61,640 bases of DNA, taken from an uncultured Lachnospiraceae bacterium (GTDB lineage Bacteria > Bacillota > Clostridia > Lachnospirales > Lachnospiraceae). Location: contig CAZTHP010000002.1 of assembly GCA_964613155.1 (NCBI GenBank), forward strand, positions 1 through 61,640, read 5' to 3'. The position numbers were made by a program, and so were the translations under genes. How positions within the stretch are numbered: the stretch's first letter is position 1; every line of letters starts with the position of its first letter. Under the pieces are notes generated by a model that ran no database searches, was not told where the DNA came from, and saw only the letters and a list, made by a program, of their open reading frames with translations. Of the stretch, positions 19,701 to 29,126 are shown piece after piece.

Positions 19701-20656
19701 TGACTACCGGAAAGACCTATTACTATAAGATGTCCGCATACGGTACATTTGATGGAGAAGTGGTTACTAGTGCGTTCAGTAAAGTGGTGAGTGCAAAGCC
19801 TGCTTTAAAAGTTCCGAGTTTGAAGGCGGTTTCAGCAGATTATGATCAGGTGAAACTGACCTGGAAGCAGATCAATGGAACAGAGGGTTATAAGATCTAT
19901 CGTGCATCCAGTAAGAATGGTGCGTATACCGCTGTGAAGACGATCAAGGATGCATCGGTCGTAACCTGGACAGACAGTAAGCTGACTACCGGAAAGACTT
20001 ATTATTATAAGGTTTGCGGTTACAGCCTGGTAAACGGTAAGGTTGTAAAAGGCGGCTGCAGTGCAGTGGTAAGTGCAAAACCTGTGTTAAAGACACCGAG
20101 TTTGAAAGCGGCTTCTGCTGGTTATGATCAGGTGAAACTGACCTGGAAACAGATCAATGGAACAGAGTTTTATAAGATCTATAGTTAATAAATCAATGAT
20201 GTCAAGTATACTTCTGTTAAGAATATCAAGGATTCATAGGTCTTGAACTGGACGAATGAAAAGCTGACCACTGGAAAGACCTATTATTATAAGGTTTGCG
20301 GTTACAGCCTGGTAAACGGCAAGGTTGTAAAAGGTGGCTGCAGTGCAGTGGTGAGTGCGAAACCGGCACTGTCGAAAGTCTCCCTGTCTTCAGTACAGAA
20401 CCGTGAAGGAAAGAAAGTGGAACTGAACTGGAAGAAAGTAGAGGGTGCAAGTGGTTATGTGATCTATCGTGCGACCAGCAAGAATGGAACGTATGAGAAG
20501 GTGAAGACCGTATCCAGCAAGAACCTGAAGTGGACAGACAGCAGCTTGAAGAATGGAAAGACCTACTATTATAAGGTTCGTGCTTACAGAACAGTGAGCG
20601 GTTCGAATGTTTATGGTTCTTATTCAGCTGTGAAGCAGGTTACGATCAAAAAGTAA
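16766..20656 (+). CDS. Large secreted surface protein: GLUG-like N-region, alpha/alpha-barrel (prenyltransferase/transcobalamin-alpha-like), four FN3 repeats; interrupted by in-frame stops at 20186-20191 and ~20237
   Basis: ORFs 16736-20188 and 20243-20656 share a frame; FQGYFNGQGHQISG; AITAAGYDP, TTAQAVVMLSCMGVD; repeated LTW..GYKIYRA..WTDSKLTTGKTYYYKV. Confidence 0.75.
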
Positions 20657-20816
20657 GGGATGATCCTGCAGAATGGATTTTCTGTCAGGATGATTACGGA
20701 TAGATAGCAATTGATGATATTTGAGAGGATATCCCACAGAACAGCATGGGGCTGGTTGACAGCTCCGTGGCTGTTCTATTGCTGTTTTTATAGAGTTTTA
20801 CAAATGGGAGGATATT

Positions 20817-23276
20817 GTGGTGAAAACAAGGTATTTAATTGTGGTTCTGGTTCTGCTGCTGTTATTTCCGGGGAGTATGGCAGCAGCTGCTGGAGAGTCT
20901 GCTTCTGTGGATATGGAGGATATGGTCTCCTGGATTCATGCGGCGGCAGAACAGTCGGAGATTAATTGTAATAGCGAGGTGATACAAAAATTCATTCAGG
21001 CATCGAATTGGTATGATTCACTGGATGCGAAGCAGCAGGCAGAGATTTTGCCGGAGACGAAAGCGGAACTGGAACTGGTGCGAAGTCGGATTCAGGAGAC
21101 GATTGCAGTTTGTGATGGTGTGACAGCGGGCAGTAAGACCTGGTATATCCAGACCTGTGTATCGGATCTGGAGTCGACAGCGGAGCTGCTGGAACAGATT
21201 CGGGCGGTTTATCCGGGAAGTGCGCCTGAGATTTTGTATCAGAAGGCAATTCACTATGTGGATATCCGTACGGGAGAGACATGTTATCATCCGGGGATGA
21301 TCGAGTTGTCATTTCCGGTGCCGGAGGGTTATGATAGTCTGGGAAATCCGAAGCTTTTTACCTGGATGGATGGGGAATTACTGGAATTGTCGGCAAAACG
21401 GAATGCGGATGGATATTTTGTGATTCCGAGAGCGCGTTCTTTGTCAAATGTGATTGTGGCAGATCTGCCGATTTCGCTGACGGAGATTCGGATGGATGAG
21501 ACGTTGGGGATTAATCTGGGACAGAGTTATACGATTTCGCTGACAGTATTGCCTGAGCAGATTACGCAGCCTTATGAGATTGTTTGGAGCAGCAGTAATC
21601 AGAAGGTGGTTTCAGTCGATCAGAAGGGGACTGTGAAAGGTCTGAAAGAAGGAAAAGCGACGATTACGGCTTCCGTAAAGGGGCAAAAGGGAATAAGTGC
21701 AAGCTGTACGGTGACGGTAGTACAAGGAGCACATGCGCTTTCACCTTCTTTGCAGCAGGTGATGAAGGAGACGAAGGCTTATATGCTGTCTCTGGATACG
21801 AATCCAACGGTTGGAAGTGAATGGTTTGTATTAGGACTTGCCAGAAGCGGCATGGACTTGGACGATGAATATTTTAAGACATATTATAATCATTTTGCCA
21901 ATTATTTGGCAGAAAAGAAGGGGATTTTGACGAATACCGTAAAGTATACGGAGTATTCGCGGGCAGTTCTTGTTATGACTGCGATCGGAAAGGATGCGCG
22001 TAATATCGCAGGCTATAATTTGCTGAAACCGCTGGCGGATTTTGAAACGGTGACGGCGCAGGGCATCAATGGTCCGATCTGGGCTCTTTTGGCTTTGAAT
22101 TCTAATCCGGTTTATTCGATTCCAAAGGTATCAGGAGTTCCGGTGCAGACGACAGAAAAGCGTCTGGTGGATTATATTGTAGAAAATGAGTGTAAAAATG
22201 GGGGCTGGAATTTGCTGGGTGATACCGGTGATTCGGATTTGACGGGAATGGCTTTGCAGGCATTAGCACCGTATTATCAGAAAGCGGGATATGAACATGT
22301 TACAGCAGCCGTTGACCGGGCATTGGATTTGTTGAGTCGTACACAGAATACGACTGGTGGCTATTCAACTATGGGTGTGGAAACTTCAGAATCCTGTGTA
22401 CAGGTTATTACCGGGTTATGCGCACTGGGAATTGATCCGGCAAAGGATGTTCGTTTTATCAAAGGCGGAAACTGGACCGTAGAAAATTTATTTTCTTATC
22501 ATATTTCCAAGAGTGGTTTTATGCACGTGAAAGCAGGCGCGGCGAATAATGGAGGCGGTGCTGCGGGAACGGTTAATGGGATGGCAACGGAACAGGCGTA
22601 TTATGGGATGACGGCGTATTATCGTTTGCTGAACGATCAGACGAGCTTATACGATATGTCTGATATTTCGCTGGAAAAAGGGCAGCAAGGTGATGGAAAT
22701 GGAACTGGTCTGGAGCAGGGTGATACGGGCACAGGACAGAAACCAGGTCAAGGTAATACGAATGCTGGACAGAAACCGGGTCAGGGTTCTGGAGGAACTA
22801 CAAAGCCGGGTCAGGGCTCTGCGCAAGTAACAAAACCGGGAAATAGCCAAAATAATCTGAATGGTCAAAGTGGTCAGAATGGTCAGAATTCCTTTAAGGG
22901 ACAAGGCGGAACTGGTTCTGGAAAGGGACCGGTGCAGACCGCTGCGCAGAAGAAAAAAGCAGCACAGGATGCAAAGAAGAAAGAAAACTCTAAAAAGAAG
23001 ACAGGATGGGATTTTACGGCGGAACTGTATCAGGAAGGAACTGGATGGGATTTTATGCCGCAGTCTTACGATGAGGAGTTGGAAGTGGAAAGCGCAGAAG
23101 CTGCTTTAGCGGATGCGAATGTGAGACGACTGGATTTGACGAAATCGCCGGATCGGGAGATCGCAATGGGAATCGCTGCCGCAGCTGTGATCGCAATTGG
23201 TGGAAGTGTTGTGCTTTGGAGAAAGCGCAAGAAGAACAAGGGGTTCGTCGAAAGTCAGAAGGCGGAGCAGGAGTGA
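20817..23276 (+). CDS. Membrane-anchored surface protein: Big_2 Ig domain + alpha/alpha-barrel + Gly/Gln linker + C-terminal TM
   Basis: Signal peptide; WSSSNQKVVSVDQKGTVKG; SEWFVLGLARSG, QGINGPIWALLAL, GGW..DSDLTGMALQALAPY, MATEQAYYG; TM then WRKRKK. Confidence 0.8.
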   Translation: MVKTRYLIVVLVLLLLFPGSMAAAAGESASVDMEDMVSWIHAAAEQSEINCNSEVIQKFIQASNWYDSLDAKQQAEILPETKAELELVRSRIQETIAVCDGVTAGSKTWYIQTCVSDLESTAELLEQIRAVYPGSAPEILYQKAIHYVDIRTGETCYHPGMIELSFPVPEGYDSLGNPKLFTWMDGELLELSAKRNADGYFVIPRARSLSNVIVADLPISLTEIRMDETLGINLGQSYTISLTVLPEQITQPYEIVWSSSNQKVVSVDQKGTVKGLKEGKATITASVKGQKGISASCTVTVVQGAHALSPSLQQVMKETKAYMLSLDTNPTVGSEWFVLGLARSGMDLDDEYFKTYYNHFANYLAEKKGILTNTVKYTEYSRAVLVMTAIGKDARNIAGYNLLKPLADFETVTAQGINGPIWALLALNSNPVYSIPKVSGVPVQTTEKRLVDYIVENECKNGGWNLLGDTGDSDLTGMALQALAPYYQKAGYEHVTAAVDRALDLLSRTQNTTGGYSTMGVETSESCVQVITGLCALGIDPAKDVRFIKGGNWTVENLFSYHISKSGFMHVKAGAANNGGGAAGTVNGMATEQAYYGMTAYYRLLNDQTSLYDMSDISLEKGQQGDGNGTGLEQGDTGTGQKPGQGNTNAGQKPGQGSGGTTKPGQGSAQVTKPGNSQNNLNGQSGQNGQNSFKGQGGTGSGKGPVQTAAQKKKAAQDAKKKENSKKKTGWDFTAELYQEGTGWDFMPQSYDEELEVESAEAALADANVRRLDLTKSPDREIAMGIAAAAVIAIGGSVVLWRKRKKNKGFVESQKAEQE

Positions 23277-23500
23277 AAGCCGGAAAGTAAAGCGAAAGTG
23301 GAAGCTGGAAGGTGAAGCGAAAGTGGAAGCTGGAAGGTGAAGCAGGAGTGGAAACTGGAAAGTGAAGCGAAAGTGGAAGCTGGAAGGTGAAGCAAAGTGG
23401 AGACTGGAAAGTGAAGCAAAAGTGGAAGCTGAAAGGTGAAGCAGGAGTGGAGACTGGAAAGTGAAGCAAAGTAGAAGCTGGAAGGTGAAGCAGGAGTGGT
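23264..23500. repeat. Purine-rich tandem repeat (~25-bp GTGAAGCAGGAGTGGAAGCTGGAAG x ~9) starting at the gene stop
   Basis: Directly visible; the first unit overlaps ..GCAGGAGTGA. Confidence 0.9.
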
Positions 23501-23528
23501 TACTTTAGTAAGAAAGGATGGAAAAAAC

Positions 23529-24767
23529 ATGAGAAAAATTCGTAAGTACGTGGTTTTTCTGGTTTCTTTGATCTTGATGCTGAATTTATTGAGTGGGTGT
23601 CAGGCAGGAGCTGGAGATGGTTCTGGAACAGAAAGTGAAGGTGATGCAGGGAAAAATCAGGCTGCTGTTTTGTTGGAGGAGCAGAATGAAATTCCGGAAG
23701 ATGGTGTGATTACGCAGGAACAATTAAAGAGTATTGCTGGAACAGATGCGGTTTATTATTTTAATGGGAAAACTGAAAATGGTATTGCGTATCAGTGGAT
23801 TTACAAAGGGGAACAGATTCAGAATCCGGTTGAACAGAATTTGAAGGTGGCATGTGATGCGGAGAATCTGGAGGAAGTGAAAGCACTTGCGAATCAGGCA
23901 CCGTATGCGTTGAAGGTGACTTTGCAGCAGATGCAGATGGCGGCTCCGGCGAAGCTGGTTTTGACTTTGCAGGAAGAATGGAAGGCTGATCGGGTTCTGT
24001 ATTGTATTTATGAAAATGGCAAGTTGTATCAGTTGAGTGAAGCTTCGATTGAAACGGTAGACGGTGTTTCACAGATTTCGTTCCAGGTAACCAGAGCAGG
24101 CGGCGATTATTATTTGCTGGGCGGTTTGGTAAATGGTCAGCCGGAGGAATCATCGGCAGCTGATGAGGAAGAATCAAAGGATGGAACCGGGGAAGGTTCT
24201 GCATCGGATGTGAAGGAAAGTCAGGCACAGAATTCTTCTCAGTCCGATCAGAAGAATCCTGCGTCCAATACGGATGGTAAGAAGGAAACAAAGGGTGAGA
24301 CAAAGAAGGATGATTCTGCGAAACAGACGACCGCGGCAGAGGCAGAAAAGCCGAAAACGTTGACTTGTACCCTGACGATTGATTGTAAGACGATTTTGGA
24401 TAATTGGGATGATCTGAAACGTTCAAAGCAGGATTATGTTCCGGCAAATGGTATGATTTTAGAGTCCTGTACGGTGGAATTTATCGAAGGGGAAACGGTT
24501 TTCGATGTTTTGAAACGGGAACTGGGTGAACGTGGAATCCATATGGAATCTGAGTGGACGCCGATGTACAACAGTTATTATGTGTCGGGTATTCATCAGC
24601 TGTATGAATTTGACTGCGGACAGAATTCGGGCTGGATGTATAGTGTAAATGGCTGGTATCCCAACTATGGATGTTCCAGTTACACGCTGGAAGATGGCGA
24701 TGTGATCGAATGGCGTTATACTTGTGACCTTGGTTCTGATGTGGGAAATGTTTATATGGGCGATTAA
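23529..24767 (+). CDS. Lipoprotein with C-terminal DUF4430 / transcobalamin beta-like domain
   Basis: Lipobox LSG-C; GETVFDVL, YYVSGIHQLYEFDCGQNSGWMYSVNGWYPNYGCSSYTLEDGDVIEWRYT. Confidence 0.88.
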   Translation: MRKIRKYVVFLVSLILMLNLLSGCQAGAGDGSGTESEGDAGKNQAAVLLEEQNEIPEDGVITQEQLKSIAGTDAVYYFNGKTENGIAYQWIYKGEQIQNPVEQNLKVACDAENLEEVKALANQAPYALKVTLQQMQMAAPAKLVLTLQEEWKADRVLYCIYENGKLYQLSEASIETVDGVSQISFQVTRAGGDYYLLGGLVNGQPEESSAADEEESKDGTGEGSASDVKESQAQNSSQSDQKNPASNTDGKKETKGETKKDDSAKQTTAAEAEKPKTLTCTLTIDCKTILDNWDDLKRSKQDYVPANGMILESCTVEFIEGETVFDVLKRELGERGIHMESEWTPMYNSYYVSGIHQLYEFDCGQNSGWMYSVNGWYPNYGCSSYTLEDGDVIEWRYTCDLGSDVGNVYMGD

Positions 24768-24777
24768 TGGGTGATAA

Positions 24778-25764
24778 ATGATGAGAGATGATGCGTTTTC
24801 GAGATGTCACCCGGTAATTAACTTCTTCTATTTTGCGGTAGTTATGCTGTTTACGATGTTTACCCAGCATCCGCTGTTTTTGGCGGTATCGTTTCTGGCT
24901 GCCAGTGTGTACAGCATGTGGCTGGTAGGGGTGGGGAAAGTGCTGAAAATGAACTTTTTGTTTACCCTGCCGGCGCTGATCGTGATTGCTTTGATCAATC
25001 CGATGTTTAATCATTATGGAGAAACGCCGTTGTATTATATTGAAAGCAGCGGGAACTGGATTACGTTGGAATCGATGGTTTACGGGGTAGTATTGGGATG
25101 TGTAATGTTTATCGTAATCGAATGGTTTACTTGCTATAACCATATCATGACCAGTGACAAATTTATTTATCTGTTTGGTCGGGTGATACCGGCGATGTCG
25201 TTGATCCTTTCGATGGCGCTGCGGTTCGTTCCGCGTTTCACGGCAGAGACAAAGGTGATTCGAAACGGGCAGAAATGCGTGGGGATGGATATCCGAAATG
25301 GGAAATTTGTCAAGAAAATACGCTATGGTTTGAATTTACTTTCTATTTTAGTGACTTGGGCACTGGAAAATGCGATTGAAACGGCGGATTCGATGAAAAG
25401 CCGCGGATATGGACTCTCTGGAAGAACGGCATTTTCCAATTATCGTTTTGACCGGAGAGACCGAGTTCTTGGAGTTTTGCTGGTTGTGTTGGCTGCAATC
25501 GTTTCCTTTGGCTGTTACCGCGGAGCGGCATTTGCTGAGTATAATCCGAAGATTCTGTTGGCGGGATTTATCGTGCGGGGACATGCCGCGCCCGTCCAGT
25601 GCAGCCCTTACCTAGCAGCTGCTACATATCTTTCCTTTGCCGTTTTTTGTTTCGTTCCGTTTCTTCTGGGTATCGCAGAGGAATTGGAGATGAAAAAGAG
25701 TCGTCTGCATATTGGAAATAGTATGGAGATTACGTATCGGCAGATTTATGAAGAATTTCGCTAG
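24778..25764 (+). CDS. ECF transporter transmembrane T component
   Basis: Multiple TMs; LRFVPRF and ADSMKSRGYG coupling-helix motifs. Confidence 0.92.
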   Translation: MMRDDAFSRCHPVINFFYFAVVMLFTMFTQHPLFLAVSFLAASVYSMWLVGVGKVLKMNFLFTLPALIVIALINPMFNHYGETPLYYIESSGNWITLESMVYGVVLGCVMFIVIEWFTCYNHIMTSDKFIYLFGRVIPAMSLILSMALRFVPRFTAETKVIRNGQKCVGMDIRNGKFVKKIRYGLNLLSILVTWALENAIETADSMKSRGYGLSGRTAFSNYRFDRRDRVLGVLLVVLAAIVSFGCYRGAAFAEYNPKILLAGFIVRGHAAPVQCSPYLAAATYLSFAVFCFVPFLLGIAEELEMKKSRLHIGNSMEITYRQIYEEFR

Positions 25765-25784
25765 AGGAAGGTGGAAAGAATTGT

Positions 25785-26035
25785 GCAGAGGTTGAGTGGG
25801 AGCAGGAGCTTGTGAAAAGGCTGAGTGGGAGTAGGTGTCTGTGGTACAGCTGGGTAGGAGCAGGAGCTTGTGAAAAGGCTGGGCAGGAGCAGGTGTCTGT
25901 GGTACAGCTGAGCAGGAGCAGGAGCTTGTGTAGAGGCTGAGCAGGAGCAGATGTCTGTGCAGAGGCTGGTAGGAGCAGGAGCTTGTGAAAAGGCTGAGCT
26001 GGTGTAGGTGTCTGTAGTACAGCTGAGCTGGGTTA
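25785..26035. repeat. Tandem repeat, ~29-bp unit x ~9
   Basis: GCTGAGCAGGAGCAGGAGCTTGTG / GTGTCTGTG alternating variants. Confidence 0.85.
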
Positions 26036-26104
26036 GGTGAGTGCCTGGGTTCCGCTGCTTGGGCGTAGGATTAGGAGGTCGACAGATATGGGAGAGTTTA
26101 CGAA

Positions 26105-28042
26105 ATGAATATGATAGAGATAAAAGATTTTAGTTTTTCTTATCCGGGAGCGGCAAAGCCGTCTTTGGATCACATTCAGTTGTCTTTAAAATCGGGATCG
26201 CTGAATGTGTTATGTGGGAAAAGCGGATGCGGAAAGAGTACATTACTTCGTCAGCTGAAAACGGTGCTGGCACCTCATGGTGAAAAGTCCGGAGAGATTT
26301 TATATTGTGGAAAGACGTTGGAACTCGTTGACCAGCGGACGCAGAGCAGTGAGATTGGTTTTGTCCTGCAGAATCCGGAAAATCAGATTGTGACAGATAA
26401 AGTGTGGCATGAGCTGGCATTTGGTTTGGAAAGTCTGGGCTATGACCAGGCGGTGATTCGGCTGCGTGTAGCGGAAATGGCGAGTTATTTTGGGATTCAT
26501 CAGTGGTTTTACCGCAATGTTACAGAGCTTTCCGGCGGACAGAAGCAGTTGTTGAATTTGGCGGCAATTATGGCGATGCATCCACGGCTGTTGATTTTGG
26601 ATGAGCCGACTTCGCAGCTGGATCCGATCGCAGCATCGGATTTTTTGGAAACGGTTAAGAAAATCAATCGGGATATTGGAACGACCGTCATTTTGACGGA
26701 ACATCGTTTGCAGGATGTGATTCCATGGGCGAATCATGTGATCGTGATGGATCAGGGACAGATTGTTGCGGAAGGAAAGCCGCGTGAGATTGGAGAACAG
26801 CTGAAAGCGAAAAATCATGGAATGTTTTTATCCATGCCCGTTCCTATGCAGATTTATGCAGGTGTAGAAAGCAACGCGCCGTGTCCGCTGACTGTCAGTG
26901 AAGGACGCGAATGGATCAGTGATCTGCTGGGGATTGAAGAAGGCGAGGAAGTGAACTGGACACAGGAAAGTGGTCAAGCAGCGGACGGTGGTCAGATTAT
27001 AGAAGATAATCAGATTATAGAAGATAGTCAGATTATGGAAGATAGTCAGATTATGGAAGCTGGTCAGACTGCGGGAGACAGTCAAGCTTTGAAAACTGGT
27101 CATGTTCAAGCAGCGGACGGTGGTCGAATTATGGAAGATGGTCAGATTGCGGCAGCTGATCGGATTATGAAAGTTGGTCAGACTGCGGCAGCTGCTTCGG
27201 GCAAGAATCGGAAAGCGGCTGCGGATGGTGAACCCTTGGCGATTGAGGCGAGAGATGTTTGGTTTCGCTACGAGAAATATGGAAAAGATGTGGTGCGGGA
27301 CTTTTCACTGAAAGTACAGCAGGGCGAATTTTATGCTTTGGTGGGTGGTAATGGAACGGGGAAAAGTACGGCTTTATCCCTTCTTAGCCGTGTGCGGAGA
27401 CCTTATCGCGGTAAAATTTTGCTGAATGGAAAGGATATTCGCAAGTATTTGGATCTGGAATTGTATCGTGGATATTTGGGTGTACTGCCGCAGAATCCGC
27501 AAAGTATGTTTATTAAGAAAACAGTTCGCGAGGATCTGTACTCGATCATTGGCGGAAAGAAAGAAGGAAAATCGCAGGAATATGGTATTTCCATGAAAAA
27601 AGCGGATGCGATTGAGGGGATTGTAAGTTTGACCAATCTTTCGGGACTTTTGGATCGACATCCGTATGATCTGAGCGGAGGGGAGCAGCAGCGTTTGGCG
27701 TTGGCGAAGGTTCTGCTGCTGAGACCGAGGCTGCTTCTTCTAGATGAACCGACAAAAGGTCTTGACGCGGAATATAAGGAAGAATTAGGCGATATTTTGA
27801 AGAAATTGCAGGAAAATGGGATTACGATTTTTATGATTTCCCATGATGTGGAATTTGTAGCGGAATATGCCGACCGCGTGGGCTTGTTTTTTGAAGGAAG
27901 TGTTGTAACCAGCCGAAAAGCGCGGGAATTTTTTGCAGGAAATAACTTTTATACAACGGCAGCAAATCGAATGGCAAGACACTGCTTTCCGGATGCTGTA
28001 ACAGCGAAGGAGGTGATCGCGTGCTTAAGGGAGAAGCTTTAG
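26105..28042 (+). CDS. ECF transporter duplicated ATPase (A-A' fusion) with repetitive linker
   Basis: Walker A GKSGCGKST and GGNGTGKST; two LSGG signatures and two LLDEPT; QIMEDS repeats in the linker. Confidence 0.93.
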   Translation: MNMIEIKDFSFSYPGAAKPSLDHIQLSLKSGSLNVLCGKSGCGKSTLLRQLKTVLAPHGEKSGEILYCGKTLELVDQRTQSSEIGFVLQNPENQIVTDKVWHELAFGLESLGYDQAVIRLRVAEMASYFGIHQWFYRNVTELSGGQKQLLNLAAIMAMHPRLLILDEPTSQLDPIAASDFLETVKKINRDIGTTVILTEHRLQDVIPWANHVIVMDQGQIVAEGKPREIGEQLKAKNHGMFLSMPVPMQIYAGVESNAPCPLTVSEGREWISDLLGIEEGEEVNWTQESGQAADGGQIIEDNQIIEDSQIMEDSQIMEAGQTAGDSQALKTGHVQAADGGRIMEDGQIAAADRIMKVGQTAAAASGKNRKAAADGEPLAIEARDVWFRYEKYGKDVVRDFSLKVQQGEFYALVGGNGTGKSTALSLLSRVRRPYRGKILLNGKDIRKYLDLELYRGYLGVLPQNPQSMFIKKTVREDLYSIIGGKKEGKSQEYGISMKKADAIEGIVSLTNLSGLLDRHPYDLSGGEQQRLALAKVLLLRPRLLLLDEPTKGLDAEYKEELGDILKKLQENGITIFMISHDVEFVAEYADRVGLFFEGSVVTSRKAREFFAGNNFYTTAANRMARHCFPDAVTAKEVIACLREKL

Positions 28043-28980
28043 ATGAATTTGTTCGAGCATTTTGGAATGAGGAAGACAGCAATCTGGAGCTTTATCGGAA
28101 AAAAGATGATTCGTATGCGGCTGGGAAGCGAAAAAAAAGTGATTTAAGTCTGAATGAACAGCAGAAAAACTATGATTCGGATTTGAATGTTGATTTGGAT
28201 GACGATGAAGATGAGGTCGAAGAATATCGGCTGTTGGATGATGGCGTGATTATTCAGCCTTTGCGGAAGGGAAAAGTGGATAAACGAACCTGGATCGCAC
28301 TTGCGATTATGTTGGTAACCGTTCCGATTATGCTGTATCTGTCGGTGCGGATTTTCCATGGAAAAAAATATCTGCTGTTTAGTCTTTTGGTTGTATTTTT
28401 CGCAATGGTTCCCTTTTTCCTGGTATTTGAAGGGCGCAAGCCGCAGGCGAGGGAAATTATGGTGATTGCGGTTTTGGCTGCGATTGGTGTAGCCGGCAGA
28501 GCAGCATTTTTCATGGTACCCAGTTTTAAACCGATTGCTGCAATTGTCATTATCACAGGTGTTTCCTTCGGTGGGGAAGCAGGATTTTTAGTAGGCTGTA
28601 TGATTATGATGGTTTCCAATATGTTTATGGGGCAGGGACCGTGGACACCCTGGCAAATGTTTGCCTACGGTGTGATTGGTTTTGTCGCTGGGATTTTGTA
28701 TCAGAAAGGGATTTTGAAAGCCAAAAAACTGCATCTATGCCTGTATGGATTTTTAAGCGTTTTCTTTATCTGGGGCGGCATTATGAATCCAGCAAGTATT
28801 TTGATGTCCTACGGTTATATTACAAAGGAAACGTTGATCGCCTTTTACATATCCGGCGCACCCGTAGACTTTGTACAAGCATCCTCCACAGTTATTTTCC
28901 TTTGGATAATGAGTCGGCCGATGCTGGAAAAATTAGAACGCATTAAACGAAAATACGGACTGATCCAGAAGGATTGTTAA
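28021..28980 (+). CDS. ECF S component (CbrT-like, cobalamin-type) with N-terminal extension
   Basis: AREIMVIAVLAAIGVAGR, PSFKPIAAIVI, SNMFMGQGPWTPWQM. Confidence 0.85.
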   Translation: MLKGEALDEFVRAFWNEEDSNLELYRKKDDSYAAGKRKKSDLSLNEQQKNYDSDLNVDLDDDEDEVEEYRLLDDGVIIQPLRKGKVDKRTWIALAIMLVTVPIMLYLSVRIFHGKKYLLFSLLVVFFAMVPFFLVFEGRKPQAREIMVIAVLAAIGVAGRAAFFMVPSFKPIAAIVIITGVSFGGEAGFLVGCMIMMVSNMFMGQGPWTPWQMFAYGVIGFVAGILYQKGILKAKKLHLCLYGFLSVFFIWGGIMNPASILMSYGYITKETLIAFYISGAPVDFVQASSTVIFLWIMSRPMLEKLERIKRKYGLIQKDC

Positions 28981-29126
28981 GAGAACGTGGAAGCTGAAAG
29001 AAAGGGAAGGAGCAGGCTGATTTAGAAGTGGAATCTGGAAGAAACGGGAGAAACAGGCTGATTTGGAAGTGGAATCTGAAAGAAACGGAAAATAGCCTGC
29101 TTGGAGTGAAAGGAAAGGATGGTAAT

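Noticed and set aside
20165-20250. Diversity-generating retroelement variable region, or stop-codon readthrough (Sec/Pyl)
   Set aside because: Changes are G>T and C>A rather than at adenines, there is no reverse transcriptase, the stops are TAA TAA TAG, and the tRNAs have anticodon CUU, not CUA.
20817-23276. Terpene cyclase / prenyltransferase enzyme
   Set aside because: The protein is exported and membrane-anchored, the catalytic DxDD motif is absent (DSDL), and the context is B12 uptake.
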